Part shown: in pieces, positions 13,101 through 28,390 of the stretch | How positions within the stretch are numbered: the stretch's first letter is position 1 | Layout: each line of letters starts with the position of its first letter | DNA from: the human T2T-CHM13v2.0 reference genome, Homo sapiens | DNA: 64,000 nucleotides | Direction: 5' to 3' (one strand) | NCBI RefSeq assembly: GCF_009914755.1 | Contig: NC_060925.1 | The notes under the pieces: generated by a model | Database searches by the model: none | Seen by the model: only the letters and a program-made list of their open reading frames with translations | What the model was told of the DNA's origin: nothing | Program-made: the position numbers and the translations under genes

Positions 13101-15650
13101 GTATTAACTTTGTATGGGCTTCTTTTCTCTTTACTATCTGGTTAAATCACTAGCAATCAGTGAAGATGAGGGAAAACTCATTTTCTCACATCTCTTCCCT
13201 TTTTTAAGAAAAGCTGTAATAGGGCTGAATTTCGAATGATTTCTTTTTGAGGAGCCAAGAGAGAAATAGCTATCCTTTTCTCCACAAACTGAAGATGTTT
13301 CCTTGACTAATAAATCAATTCCATAGAAACCAGAGTCTAGAGTCTTGGAGAAATGCCTTTTATAACTCCAGTTTTTTTTTTAATGTTTGATGATACTTTA
13401 CTCTGATTTCTTATATCATCACTAAATTATTGAATTGGAACAAACATCTGTTTACAAATGACACAGACCTAAGTTTAATTTTATGCCTAGACACAGTGAG
13501 AAAATTCAAATATCTGAATAAAAATGGTATGTCTCAATATTTTCAGCTGTGCATTGCCTCTTAAGTATTCTCATATTTTATTTCATATCTTTTATGTTAC
13601 CAAAGAGATTATCTTAGAAATAATTTATTTTAATGCCCTCATTGTACATGTAAGAAAACTATGGCCCAATGAAGTTAAACTGATTTCCATGATTAGAAAG
13701 ATAAATGGTCAAGGACTTAAGTTCCTTTGATTTTAGCTTAGTAATCTTTTCATAATTATAAGTAAGTTCTGTCATATTTGAAAACAAAACAATAAAACCA
13801 TGGAAGAACCTAAGATTTTCCAGTGCCCACAAATGTAGAGCAAGTATCACTCTTTTATCCTAAGCAACGGCAGTCTGTAGATGAAGATTACACAGTCTTG
13901 ACAAAAGCTAAAATGAAATGGAAAACTACTACAATCATTTGGAAATCTGACAGCTAGACTCATTCAGTTGACTATCATCATCAGTGACCAGATTTTATAC
14001 ATACATGTATGAATCATTCACATACAAGCATTTCAAATATGACACACATGAATACATATATGCACACATACACAAACATGCATGCATACATATGTATATG
14101 TTACTCTCAAACTAAGCTAGGAGAAGTCTTTGATTAGGATAATAAACCATTATTTGTCGTATTTACATTTTGTATTTTTCATAAGCACTTAATTTTGAAA
14201 TTAAAATGTTTAATTTTCTAACTGTTCTCTGTGACAATAAAAAAAGATTAAAATTGAGCTACAAGATAAATGTGACTATATGACATGTGCTCTTAGACCA
14301 GGTTTCCATTACAATAGCAATGAAAGATTTTAGCATTTTTTTGCCATGGGATTCAAATAAAATCATAAACTTAATGAGATATTTGGATAATCATTTACAT
14401 GCAGTAAAAGGAATTTTAAGTTTTCATCTCTGTAGAGAATATGTTTAAAATACACAACCCACATATACAAACATCAATCACTCATCAATTATTGGGACTA
14501 TTTATATACAAAACCATTTTGATGACAATGCCATTCTCTGCTCTGGAAGAGCCAGGTGGTATTAAATGCAGACAATGGGATACTGGTTTCAAAACTCTGC
14601 CTCACTCCTGCTGACAGCTTGACCTTACTTGATCTTATCTGTGCAGGCTATAGAGAAAAATAACCAGGACACTCTGACTTTGATAGCTGTTTCTGTGATG
14701 CTAATTAGCAGAATTGCAGAAGCGACCCAGGACACCAGGTAGGGATAGCAAAGAGGGGACGGAGATGATGTCAGAGTATGTTCCAAATTGTACATTTGTA
14801 AATATTCATTTTAAAGTTTTCAACATTACATGTCATTAGCATTACTGCAATGCCAAAGCTCTTTTGAATACTGTCTGCTCTAAGGCTAACTTGTAATGAA
14901 GAGACAAAAGTCGCTAATCAGTCTGGGATATTTCGTGGTTACCTACTTTGAGTTCAGAAGATTCTTTTTTGCAAAAGGCGAAAGGTACTTGGATTATTTA
15001 GAAAGCTCTATTTCCCTTAAAATAATCACTCAGACACTTGGAAGTAATAGTAAAAAACGTATAATTTTTTCCAGTTCAAATTAAATTGTCTACATACCTA
15101 TTAGCCTCTACTCACGTATTATTATCTATATGCATCCCCAAAATATGTTAATTGTGAAAAATGTTAAATGGAGATATAATAGTTAATATTTGTGAACCTA
15201 TTTAGCATTTTTTCCTCACTAAATATGTAGATGCAATTCAAATTGTAACAAATACACTTTATTTTTACATTGTGTTTTATGTGTTACTAATGGATCTGCC
15301 TCCATAATTTCGTTTAATGATAGCACATGCCTGAGGAAAAAACTTTTTATCCTTATTTTACAGATGTGAGAAATGAGTCATAGGCAATTTAAGTGATTTG
15401 ACCAGTAAAATGGGATAACATCTTAGTAAGAGGAATTAAATCCTTTCTCAACAGCCATATTGTTCTTGATTATGCCATATGTCAATAGCAGAAAAAATGT
15501 CTATATCTAAAAGAACAAAGGCAAAGCATTATGAGGAACAGTCCAAACCAAATTAGTAAACAGTGAGGGAGAGTAAATTATATGTGCTAAAAGCTCTTGA
15601 AATTTCACACCTTTTATTGGAAAGGTGTAGACGGAAAAACTAGGCAGACC

Positions 15651-17070
15651 AGGTGGTTCTCAATGGAGCAATTCTGCGCACATAGATGCATTTTGAATAT
15701 TTGTAGGAGTGTTTCTGGTTGTCACAATGAGGCATAACAAAACCACAGCCTGGAATAGAAGTGGGTTAAGTGGTGACCCCCTAAAAGATATGTACATGTC
15801 CTAGACCCTGGAACCTTATTTGGAAAAAGGATCTGTGGAGATGTAATTAAGTGAAAGATCTTGAAATGAAATGATCCTGGATTATCCAGATGGGCCCTAA
15901 ATCCAGTGACAAATGTTCATATAAGAGATATATAGAAGGAGGCAGCCACACAGAGAAGAGGAGGAGCCAGTGTGACCCAAAGCAGAGATTAGAGTGATTC
16001 TGCCACAAGCCGAGGAATGCCTGGAGCCACCAGAAAGCTGGAAGAGCCAAAAAATAAAGTTTCCCCTACAGGGTTTAGAGGCCATACTGTCCCCTGGATT
16101 GCAGACTTTTGGTTCCAGAACTATAAAAGAATAAATTTCTGTTATTTTAACCCACTAAGCTTGTGATAATTTGTTACAGTAGTCACAGGAAGTGAACATA
16201 CAGGTATATCCCACCTTCATATTTTTGTGTCCCCCCTTCACTTTGCTTACCTTCTTTCTTTAGCTGTTGCTATGAATTTCCTGTCTCCACTCAGTTATAC
16301 AATACATTTCTCACTCTGCCCTGGGGCTTCTCTGCTGCCACTTGGACATCTCTGAGAAACCACTCAGCTCAGTCATTCTGATGGCCTTGAGTGGCTAACA
16401 CACACAGAGGCCACAGGTATTGCAGATCTAAGGACTGCCTCAGATAGAAAAAACAAAAAATCTCCTGAATTCCTCAAGACATTCAAATGCTTTAGGAGAC
16501 ATTCACATGAGCAAAAACTCTATTTGTAATTATTTGATTCTATAAATAACATTTTTTGTACAAATGAAAAGTATTTGGGCAGGCTTATAATAGACACTGA
16601 GTTTTCCATGAATATATTCATCATGTAAATTGAGGGAAGATAGATTATATTCTGTTTGGGCTGGAACTTAACTAAGACCAGTTCACTATTTTAAAAACCG
16701 TCTATGAACAAATTTAGTGTGTTTTGTTAGCAACAATATGCAAATTACCCATACCACACACTTGATTAATCTTCATTTGAAACTCTCACATTTATGGTCA
16801 TTCTGCATATAAGTGTGAGCATCTAATTACTTAATTATATCTTTTAAATATTGAAGTGCTTATTATTCCATTATAATTACTTGTCATATGTCTCAATTAT
16901 ATTACAGTTAGATAGTTATACTGAGTTTTTAAATTTTGATGCTGGTAAGTTATGTTATTTTGAGTGTAGGCTGGCAGGTTTATTTATTTATTTTCTGAAA
17001 TAATTGCTTTTGGGGACATTAAAAATGTTTGTAATTAAAAGGGTGTATACTGGTTTGAAGAATATTAAGA
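15651..17070 (+). mobile_element. MER20B (hAT-Charlie MITE) split by an MLT1 LTR
   Basis: 5' piece GTGGTTCTCAA...TTTCTGGTTGTCACAA (15651-15735). 3' piece from about 16410 with CACTGAGTTTTCCATGAAT...ATGTAAATTGAGGGAAGAT...GGAACTT and terminal AAAAGGGTG... Confidence 0.65.
15758..16202 (+). mobile_element. MLT1C/D-like solo LTR
   Basis: AAAAGATATGTACATGTCCTAGACCCTGGAACC...CCTGGATTATCCAGATGGGCCCTAAATCC...AATAAATTTCTGTT...TAATTTGTTACAG...AACATACA. Confidence 0.85.
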
Positions 17071-17357
17071 TTTCCTGAGCTAAAACGCTATCTTTCAAGG
17101 CAGACTTGGTGTCCAGGTAAACTATAGACTCATCCAATAATCTTCAAGGTACCACATAAGCATAGCCAGAACACATCTCATCTTGCTTTATAATATTAAG
17201 GTTATTTTTCCTCCTCCTCACCTTTCCCCTCCATTCTCCTCCTCCTGCTTTCCTCCTTCTGCTTCTTCATATCCCTTGTCTCAGAGAAGCTTCAGCTTTA
17301 CAGTTAAATAATCCTCTTCATCATCACAAGATGTTTATCGAGTATCTATCATGTTAA

Positions 17358-17732
<375 letters not shown>

Positions 17733-20700
17733 TCAAAAGCTTATCAACATGAACTGAAAAATATATGCGGTATACATAAAATATACTTAAAATCATGATT
17801 AGCTGTGTCAATTTCCTGGCTTTCTTCTCCAGTTGATATTTTGAATGTCTTTTTATGTTTTTCCTTGGCAGTACTTGCTTAGATTATAAAGTCCTGAGGG
17901 GTTGGGATCCTATTTAAATAATTCTCTTTGTACAGATCCTAAAATAGCACAATGAAGAATTAGTACTTTAAAATTCTTTTTGATGAGGGAGTGAAGCTAT
18001 GCCTAAATCCCTGATAGAAATCACTACTATTTCCAGATTACATAACAGCTATATTTAAAGCTTCTGAAATAGAGCCATTGGTAAGAACTAAAATTCAGTA
18101 ATTCTTTTGGGAAACTGCATTTTTTTTTAGTCACAATCCAGAGAGGATATTCACTCAATAGAGTTATTAGAGTTATTTAGCATTGTAATGTTAAGATATT
18201 TGAAAGGAAAACGGCACAATGGCATAGTGACTCAATGGTAATATTTTATGAATTTCGTTATTATTTCATGCATAGCTACTCTGTGAGTAAAGCCATCATA
18301 AATCTAGTCATTGAATTACTAAGGAGCTCAGTGGTACCCTTTGAACAAAATGGAAGCAAATATCTGGTAGGGCAAAGGCATAATCTTCCATAACTTAAGA
18401 TAAATATGGTTATATTTGGAAAAGGACAATAGAAAATAGGAAGGAAGGGTAGCAGAATATTAAAATGAGATTTTTAACTTACACAGAAAAAGTAATGAGA
18501 ATTTAAAATGGAGAGTCAATACCAGAAAAGCAACATTCAAATTTAGACTCTGAGTTGAGGCCCCATTGCAAATTCAGTGGTGAGGTAAAATAGATAAATG
18601 ACTGAAACCTCATGGGCCCCTTACTTGATTTTAGAAAGTAAGAAAGGGACTTACTTTAAGGATTGTGATGACATGGCTACCTATTATAATAATAATACTC
18701 TAATACAGTGGAGGAAAATAAGTGAAATTAACATACTCTGGGTCTCTACTTTCACAAGTTACCCAAGTTTAACCTCGCAACAGTCCCCAAGATAGTCAGA
18801 AAGACAACAAATACCAGTTGAGACAGCAATGAGCTTTACACATACAGTTAATGTTTTAAGGGGCTAATACATGCACAACAAAAATGTAATTTCCCAATTC
18901 TCAGAGAGGAGGAAATCCAGGCTAAACCAGACTAAGAAGCTACCACCAAACCACCAGTTTGTAAATTGAAGAAGGAAGATTATTAATTTGAATACAGGCA
19001 TTTATATGAGTCTTCACACTACCTTAAACTTACAAGATTGCAAAGTACTTCTTTGAACTTTCTCCCATATCTTGAATCTCCAACCTTATTTAAGTAGGTA
19101 ATTGTGAAAGGAGTTTATTTAATAGTTCAAGTTGCTTTGTTATTTTCATATGGAGTACGTAAGTTATTAATATTAAAAATATCACAAGTAGTGAAGCTTT
19201 GGCAGTGAGGCATGACAGGTCCTCAGCCAGGAGAAGAAGGGGGTTTATCGAGCATCTCTGAGCTCTGTCTGACATGCCCTTGGCCCACATGCTTATTCTC
19301 GGCAATGAGCTGTGCTGGTATAACCTGACAGCACTTTTTCTTGGCTCTATCAATCACATGCCTTTTCGGGTTTCTGTGCTTAGGCCTTCTCTACTGCTAT
19401 CTTTTGGAATACCTATGGGAACCCAAGCAGACATTTGAATTCACGTATGTGCAAAGCTGAAAGTGCAAGGAGTTTAACACTTTAAATCTCAACTAATAGG
19501 AGACCTGGGCCAGAGGATAAATACTCCCCTTTTAATCATTTTATGTAAGCAGTCTGAGGTGCATTCAACATGGCTTCTCTGAAGGTCATCAGCAATAACT
19601 CCATTTGCCATCCATGGAATCTTTACAACAACCCTATGAGATAAATTCTGTATCTCTGTTTTTAAAATGACAAAACTGAAGTTTAGAGATGTAGAGCAAA
19701 ATTCCAAAAGTCACGCAATTTTTTAATGAAGAACATGAGGTTTGAACTACACTTATTCACAGCAGAAATGCTAAGGGGATATAAGACAGAGGTTGAGAAA
19801 GCTGCAGAGACGCCTATAGGGAGAGAAAGAGAATCATACAATTGAGGTACTTCAAATACGACGTCTTCCAATTTGGAATGATTTGGAGAATATCTAGATG
19901 ATGCCTTCTACCCACAATCTCTTATGATATTATCTAAATTTCCTCCATTAGATATTTGTTAGGTCTTCAAGATCTGTTCAAATGAAAATACCTTTTGGAA
20001 AAATTGCTATAAATTTAATGGTAAAAAGGGCTAGTTGTCAGCTGTTTGAGAGCAATAGCTTTGAAAGAGTATAATCCAGTCCTAGGATATAAAAAACACA
20101 GGGAAGGAAGTGAAATTAAAAGAGGTAAAGGAGCTACAAAGTCAAATTTCACTTTTATTTATTTTCTTTAAGGTTTGTCCTACTAGTAACTATAAGGAAT
20201 ATGAAATTTCAAAGCAAAAAAAGATTAATTAGTAGGAAACCCTTTTTATTTAAAAAGTCTTGAAAGTGTGTAAGGAGCAAAGCAATTTCTAAAGCAGTGC
20301 TCCATGTTTAGCTTTCTAAGTTTAGTTAGGATATAAAGAAATAATTATACATCTGACTTAGTCATAATTGCACCATCTTCCCTCTCATGAAAGGCTACAG
20401 ATTATGTAACTGCAGCTATTGATTTTCCACATCAGACATTTTAATTGAAAGGTTAAGATGAAACTGGATCAGCAAAGTTTGAGGTCACTAATTCTGCATT
20501 AAATAATTTGGGACTTGAACGCCCTCAACAGACAAGAGGCTAAGAATGTTACAAGAAACATTGCACTTCTTGGAAAAGGAGTATTACTATTACCAGTTAA
20601 CAGAATATATTTAAAGCTTGGACTGAAATAAAAGACATGAACTTCAAATAACCTTAGCTTATGAGTGGGAACGTTCTGCCATTATTGGATTTGCTGATTG

Positions 20701-23700
20701 TGATATAGACTACTACTCAAAGCCTACTTCCACTTTAGAACTGACATCATTTTTATTGACATTGATGTTAACATTTGAGGTATTTAAGTAAAGAAGATAA
20801 TGTCAGAATGATCATTTAGTAACTATTGCCATCCAGAGGCTGAGTTCAAACCTTAATCCTAAAAGCCCTACAGAAAAAAAAAAAAATCAACACTCACTAT
20901 TCAACTGTCAAAAAGACTGATATCCCTGAGGCCATTAAGTGGCAATAGTAAGCAATAACCCCCATCATCATTAAGACTGGAAATCATCTAAAAATTTATC
21001 AACAGAAATACAATGATTTAAATGCTTCAGAAGAAGAAATAGATTAGGTAAATTAATATGAAATAAAAGGGACTAGGGAAGATCAATATGTTATTAAATC
21101 TAGACCTTGCTCAGAGAACCCATTGTAAAACTCCAAATATATTACCTGTATATTGAGCTAATTAATGCTACACTTGAGGCACAAAACTACAAATTAGACA
21201 TGTAAAACTAAATATTTACAAGGAGACTTTCATAAAGAATTTTAATTATTTTTGTTAATATTTTCTAAGCATATCCTTCCCTTTTCAGGTATGGGGACAT
21301 GCATAATTAATTATATAAACCTTAAAATGTTTATTATATGTTGTAGTGAATTAATATCTAACAGTTCTTAGTCATCCTGCAAGTCTGCCCTGACGACCCA
21401 TCATCATGAAGGCATTCTGGATCCTTCTGGATAAACTGAATTGGGTTCCCATCTCTTTGCTCCTACTGTGTACTGCCCACACCCAATTTCTTAGGGCTTA
21501 CCACATTGTTTTTGAAATTGTCTACTTAAATATCAGTCTCCGCCAGTAACTGGGAGCATAACTGAGGGTGGTAACCATGTTTTCTACAACTTGCTAATAC
21601 TCTGTTGCCTCAGCATTGCTTTTTAGATGGCTGTATACAACAGTAGTTCTTAAACAAGTCTGAGTCCCAAATTCAGAGCTTAACCTGACTTATTTCCCAC
21701 CTAAATTTCTCAGTTTTTAGAATACTATTTCAATATTATTAAATTAGCTCATTGCTTTGGAGTGATATTGCTGTGACCTGTGCCAACATAGATGTTACTT
21801 CTAATAGTGCCATAATGCTGGAAATTGTTCAAGAGTGAGAACATGATGAAGTGGGGATAAGTGCCAGAAATTAATGCTGTGTAGTTATAGCCAAAGGTGG
21901 CAAAGCCTGCATGGGGCTCTTTCCAGCCTTTAATCTGTTGTAATGGTCAAAACAATAAAAGAGTTTTCAGTGGTCTGAAGGAAAATCATTGAAGTTAAAT
22001 ACATGCATACTCATGGAGTCCATCTATAAAAACATATTTGACAGAAAGAAGAGGTTGGGAAATTTCTTTGTAGAATGGTAATTTAAATGCTTGACAGTTT
22101 GGCTAATGTTTGCATTATTCATCACTTGGTACTTGATGAAGATACTTCACTTTTTATCTTGATTTCATTCCTCACTTGCCCTACTAAAGTATGTATATTT
22201 CAAGTAAAGTCAGCAAACATTAACAATTTCAAGAGCTCCAAAAATTATATCGGTACCAACACTACATAAAGTAGGTTCATACTAATGCTACATTGCACAC
22301 ATTCAGTGTACGCAATACAACATTGCAGAAAAAGAAAGTCAATTTGATTTTTAAGCTGCAAGATATTACGCTAATATCAAATTTCATGTATAATTGGGCC
22401 ATTATGCTCTTAAGATACAGAAAATACCTGAAATTTTTTGGAGTGCTTTATTTAACCAGTGGGAATTATTATTTAAATAATATACACTTCTGCTTTTTAA
22501 AAACTTGCTATAAATAATTGTACATTTAATCCTCTTGGGATTTAATCTGTTAAAAAAAAAAGCATGTTTAAAACAAGTAAAGGGCACCAATAAATAAAGT
22601 TGCATTATTTTAAGCTAAATGAAGTATTGTGCTATTGAAACAATGAAGCACTTTATCTTAAAATTCCTTATTTTTAATAGCTAGATTCTCTGCTCTTGAT
22701 GAACTTAAACATAATGATAATCATTTGATACAGCTAAAATACAATATCTCTCCTCTCTTAGTAGAAATAGTTCAAAATTTCTAGAAAATAAGTTGGCAAA
22801 TATTCAAAACACAAAGAAATTGATGAATGTTAAAATAAAGTAATAATCATCTTTGCAAGGTAGAATGGTTTCACGTCCTATCGCTGGAAACCACACACAG
22901 CTGAGGATATTCCAACCTTGGCATCCTTTCAGAAGTTATTTCCATATACTTGCCAAATCACTGGGAAGTTTCTATTCTGAAAATAGATCATTGTAATATC
23001 CTCAGTAAGAAGGCCCATTGTTGAATTAATGCCAGATTTATCTGTGCTGTTAAAATTATTACCAGTATTAGCACAGCTATTAATAATACTACCCTGTGGT
23101 TTTCAAAGAGCTTTCATTTGTACTGCCTCATTTAGTTATTTCAGCAACTCTTCGAGGTAAAAAGGACTAGTATTATTATCCCCATTGTATATATGGGAAA
23201 TTGACACAAAAAGACCGAATTGACGCTACAAGTTACACAATGGGAAACTGTGACTTACAGATCAGGAATCTTTGTAATTTAAAAAGTAGTGGAAATATTT
23301 ATTAAACATTTGTTATGGGCAGTCACTTTCATCTCCTAATAATAGTTATTGTGAATTGTGTGTTTTCTTTGTGCCAGATAATTTAACAAACCCTATCTTT
23401 AAAAGTTCAAACTTTCAAAGACAGATATTATCATTCCCCTCTTTCAGGTGAGAATGTAGTAGCCCAGTGGTGGCATAATAAATTTTAAATTCAGGTCTGT
23501 CTGACTTCCAAGTTCAAGGTCTTCCCTCTGAGATATTACTTCATTTAAATCTTACATTATCACTTTGAAGTAGGTATAATGTCTCCCCTTTTTTTTTTAA
23601 TTTTTATTTTTTAAACAACCTGGAAATGATCTAAGACAGTTAATGTTACAAGAAAAGACTGGTTGAAGAATCAGCATTCTGGCTGGCTGAATTTTCAATT

Positions 23701-24604
23701 TTTGTGATTGTTGACAATTTTTAAAAATATATAATTAAATTTCCTGCCTTACTAGGAAGAATACAATTAGAGCAACTGTAGTTTTTGTTGAAGATGGTAG
23801 CCTTTCAACTGCTAAGGACAGTATTTTAATCTCACTTTGCAAAACATTTGTGTAAATATTGAAAGTAGCAGATGGGCTTGAATCTGTACTGATTGTCATA
23901 TATGACTGAATATTCTTTTTAAACATAAATCATTAATGTCAAAGAGTTTTTGTGATTGTGAGATCTGGGTAATTGGTGTATTATTATACCCCTACTGTGA
24001 GCCAGATACTAAGCTATAGCAAAGGGGATAGACGTATGAGCGAACTAAGCACATGAATTAGATTTTACAATACTGAGAGCATCAGAGTTCTGAACAGGAT
24101 AAAATTAGATATTTAATATATTTTAGGCTTAGTATGAGGAAAAATGCTGCACTAAGCTATAAGCAATTTAATATTTAATCATAGCATAAAGAAACCACAA
24201 ACAGGAAAGCAGTACAACAGATTTACATTATTTGTTAAATATAAAATAATCATCTGGATATTTTTATTTGAGGCTATTTATGTTATTTATGATTTAAGAG
24301 TACAATATTCTGTTATGTGTGCCAAGAAGAAGGTCAGAATATTTTAGAGTTAAGTCAAGAGTTAAGATCACAGTGATTATTAATACTGTTCCTAAATTGC
24401 AGTATCATCTGTTGTAGTAACAATATTGCAATGAAAGGTTGAAATAAAATACTGCATAGTTTATGTAAATAAGCACAGATTTTGTTTTGTGTAATAAGCA
24501 AACTGTTTTCAGAAAACACTATTTTAAATAGATAAATTGTTGTTAGTGTTTCTTTTTGTAAACACTGCACCAAAAATAAAAATAAAAGCCATAAATATAT
24601 GGCC

Positions 24605-24903
24605 ATATATATATATATTTTGAGACTGAGTCTTGCTCTGTTGCCCAGGCGGGAGTGCAGTGGTGGCATCCCTGCTCACTGCAACCTCTGCTCTCAGGTT
24701 CAAGTCATTCTTCTCCCTCAGCCTCCTGAGTAGCTGAGATAACAGGCATGTGCCACCACACCCAACTAATCTTTATATTTTTAGTAGAGACAGGGTTTCA
24801 CCATGTTGGCCAGGCTGGTTTCAAACTCCTGACCTCAAGTGATCCACGCATCTCAGCCTCCCAAAATGCTGGGATTATGGGCATGAGCCACAACGTCCAG
24901 CCC
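24605..24903 (-). mobile_element. AluS-type element with (TA)n-converted tail
   Basis: Antisense Alu dimer TGAGACTGAGTCTTGCTCTG...GAGCCACAACGTCCAGCC. Confidence 0.92.
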
Positions 24904-25442
24904 ATAAACACTATATTTTATAAATCACAATCATTATTGTTGAAGTTTTTTAAAATATTGAATTATCTTATTACTTTTCCCATAATTAAAAATATACAAA
25001 TCCTAGAATGCAATCATAGTACAAACTTGGAGAAATCAAATAATGTACTTTTCTTCTAATGTTCAGCCATTACAGTGGTTTTCTCCTGAGCAGAAAAGAG
25101 CACGTAATTTATAATTATTGAGGTTTTCTTTTATTTATGTTGATAAATGTATTTATTCTGGAAAGAACATTGATTAAAAAAAAACACATTTTATCGTTCT
25201 TCCCTTTGGGAGTTTCTTTCCACAGACATCTTTATAATTACTGTTCTGGTTTTGACATAATACTTCAATACTAATTAAGTCGTCCAAAGAAATTCAACGA
25301 TCATTTATTGAACAACCACTATAGGCAAGGTACTGTGGAGATCTGTAAAAAATAAAGAGATGAAGGACATCACAACTTGTCTTCAAGGAGTTAAATTTCC
25401 TGAGGAATCTAGAACAAATTCAGCAATTGCCCTAATATATAG

Positions 25443-25958
25443 TGTGTTAGTTCTCTATTGCTCCTGTAACAAATTACCACAAATTTAGTGACTAAAAAGA
25501 ACACAAATTAATATCTTAAGTTTTTTTGGTCAGAAGGCTGAAATAGGTATCGTGGGGCTGAAATCAAGCTATTGATGCATGAGTTCCTTCTGGAAGCTCC
25601 AGGAAAGAATTCACTTCCTTGTCTTTTCAGCTTCTAGAGGCTGCCTTCATTTCTTGGTTTGTGGCTCCCTTCCATCTTCAAAACCAGCAATTGCATCACT
25701 CCAATCTCTGTTTCCACCATATGTCTCTCACTCTGACTCTCCTTCCTCCTTTTTTTTTTTTTTTTTTAACTTATAAGGTGCTTTTCCATTACATTAATCC
25801 CACTCAAATAATGCAGGATAACCTCTCCATCTCAAAATCCTTAACTTAGTCACAGCTGCAAAGTTTTTTTGTCCATGTAAAATAACATATTCACGGGTTC
25901 TGGGGATTTGAATGTGTAAATATCTTTTATTAGGGGTGGCATTCTTCTGCCTATCACA
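25443..25958 (-). mobile_element. MLT1C/D-like solo LTR
   Basis: TGTGTTAGTTCTCTATTGCTCCTGTAACAAATTACCACAAATTTAGTG...CTCCATCTCAAAATCCTTAACTT...TTCTGCCTATCACA. Confidence 0.85.
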
Positions 25959-26439
25959 CTTGTCTAAACTATGGTGAAGCCATAAATACCTTACATTTTA
26001 GATGTAAACACTGACATACTCAAAAATCCAATATTTAAGTTGTTTTAACCTATTCATATTAAAACATTTAAATATTAACAGGGAAGATGATAAGGCCAAA
26101 AGTTTATCATATGCAATTAAGTAAGCAAGAAAAATTTCCCATTTCAGGTTTCAAAAGAAATAAGCAAATCTATTGATAATGCATAGATTAAGTCTTAGTG
26201 AATAAATTTACATTTGTATTTTTAGTTCACTGTTACATATCAACCACCTAACTGTACTTTAATTTTATTTGAAAAATCTTACTATCAGAAAGCAAAAACA
26301 ACTGGACAGTAGAACTTAATTTGGTTCTACAGAAATTTCTTGCGCTGACTTGTAAAACAATGAAATACTAGTTTTGAAAAAAATAATTATTAAATTATTT
26401 CATAAAAATCTTTAAATACTTTATAAAATCTTTTTATTT

Positions 26440-27675
26440 CACATATCCCTCTATTATCCCATTTCTCTGTTCCTTCTTAAAACAAAATGACTTGAAAAAT
26501 TTTTTTGAACTTTCTATTTCCAATTTTTTTTCTCATTCTACGTTTAACCTATTTTAGTCATATTTTGCTCCCGTTATACGGAAACGTAATTTTAGTGAAA
26601 GTCACCAGTGATCACCACACTGCTAAATCAAAGATCAAATCCCAGTCCTTATTTTACTGGACCTCTCAGTAGCATTCAAAGCAGATGATTATTCTCTTTT
26701 TGAACTTCTTTCTTAATTTGACATTCAGAACCTCAACTCTCTTGATTTTCATACTATTTCACCATTCAGTCCTCAGCCACATTTACCTCTCTTCTTTAAC
26801 CCCTTAACCCGCGATGATGGGGTGCCCCAGGGATCAGCCTTCGGATTTTTACTTTTCTGTGTTTCTTCTACTCATCCTAAGTGAGATTATCTAGTCTTGG
26901 GGATTTTACTATTATTTGCATGGTATTTATTCCTAAAATTTTATTTTCAGTCTGTATCTCTTCCTGGAGCTCCACAGTCATTTACCTAAACTCCCTATTT
27001 AATATGTCCAGTTGGATCTCCAGGAGACTCATAAACTCAGCATATCCTAAACTGAATTTATTATTTCTGCCCCCTTCTCTTACAGGAACAAAACAAAATT
27101 GCACAAGTAATGTTCTCTATCTCAGTAAATGGCAACTCTATTCTGGCAGATGTTCAGGCCTAAAGCATTGTAATTTACCTTGACTCTTTTCTGTCTCTTA
27201 TATTTCATAACCAACCTGTCAGCAAATCCTGCCGATTGTAAACCTAGTTCCAGAATATGAACCTTCTCACCACATTCATTACCACCATTTATCTCTCACT
27301 TAGATTATTTCCCTGATTTCCTAATTGGTCTCTCTGTTTGTGTTGCTTCCCTACATTACATTTTCAAATACAATATGCAGAGTGATTCTTTAAAAATCTA
27401 AGTCAAATAATTTACCTGTGCACAACCTTATACAATTTTCCTGACTCAGTCTGAGTAAAATCCAAAGTCAGGATAGTGGCCTATAAACTCCTGCATTCTC
27501 TGGTTTTCTGTTACCTACCTGAGCTCAACTCACAGGTTTTCACATGCTCTATCTCCTTCTGGAATGTTCTTCTCTCCCATGAAGGCAGGGTATTTGTCTC
27601 CTTTATATTTTCAGTTTCAGAAATAGATGCTGGCACAGTAAAGGCACTCAGTGAATGTTTGTTAAATAGGTGAAC
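26440..27675 (+). mobile_element. L2
   Basis: GTCACCAGTGATCACCACACTGCTAAATC, GACCTCTCAGTAGCATT, and 3' end GCTGGCACAGTAAAGGCACTCAGTGAATGTTTGTTAAAT. Confidence 0.8.
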
Positions 27676-28388
27676 ATATTTTGTCTAAAACTAAATGTGA
27701 AGTAAAATATGTTCACTACTTTTCCTCTTAGAAAATCTAATGACAGCAAAAATGCAGAGGGTTTATTTTTCCTGTTTGTGTTTAGTACCTGATTCCAAAG
27801 GAATTTATAGGCTGAACAACAGTATGTAACCAGTGACTTGCCTGTATTTTTCAAATTAAGGATTGACAAGTGATAGAGGTATTGGGGTTAAATAAATTTC
27901 TGCTTCTGCCAGAGCTCTTGTATCAGCTGTCCTCAGAGTTGTCTCTGGTGCTTTAGTAAACAATAGAGACCCATTCCCACTGCTTTATTCACTGTCAGTC
28001 TGGCTGCTGCTAACAGCAACCAGGCAGGTCCTGCTTTTCGTTTGTTTGTTTTATATGTGTATTGACTTTCTCAAACATCTGAAAGCTATTACAATTTGTC
28101 TTTGAATTTTTCTCAAAAGTTTTTTCTTTGTGTTTTTATTACTTCTACTGTTATAAGTACAATATTCTATTAGGTTGTTTGCATCATTCACCTTCTGCTG
28201 CCCACCTTCTCCATAAGCCCAAATATAAATGTCTTGACTACTTTTCCTATTTCACTCAGTATTTTAAAGATGCTCAATGGTGAGTGGAAAATGTAATAGT
28301 TAATAATAATTACAATAAAATGTCTGGTAATCTCTTAATTAGATATATAACAATTAAATTATTAGATAGTTGACAATCTATTTAAGTT

Positions 28389-28390
<2 letters not shown>

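Noticed and set aside
23735-23926. Minus-strand ORF ending at a GTAAGG donor-like site
   Set aside because: Poor acceptor context and no recognisable protein; expected by chance.
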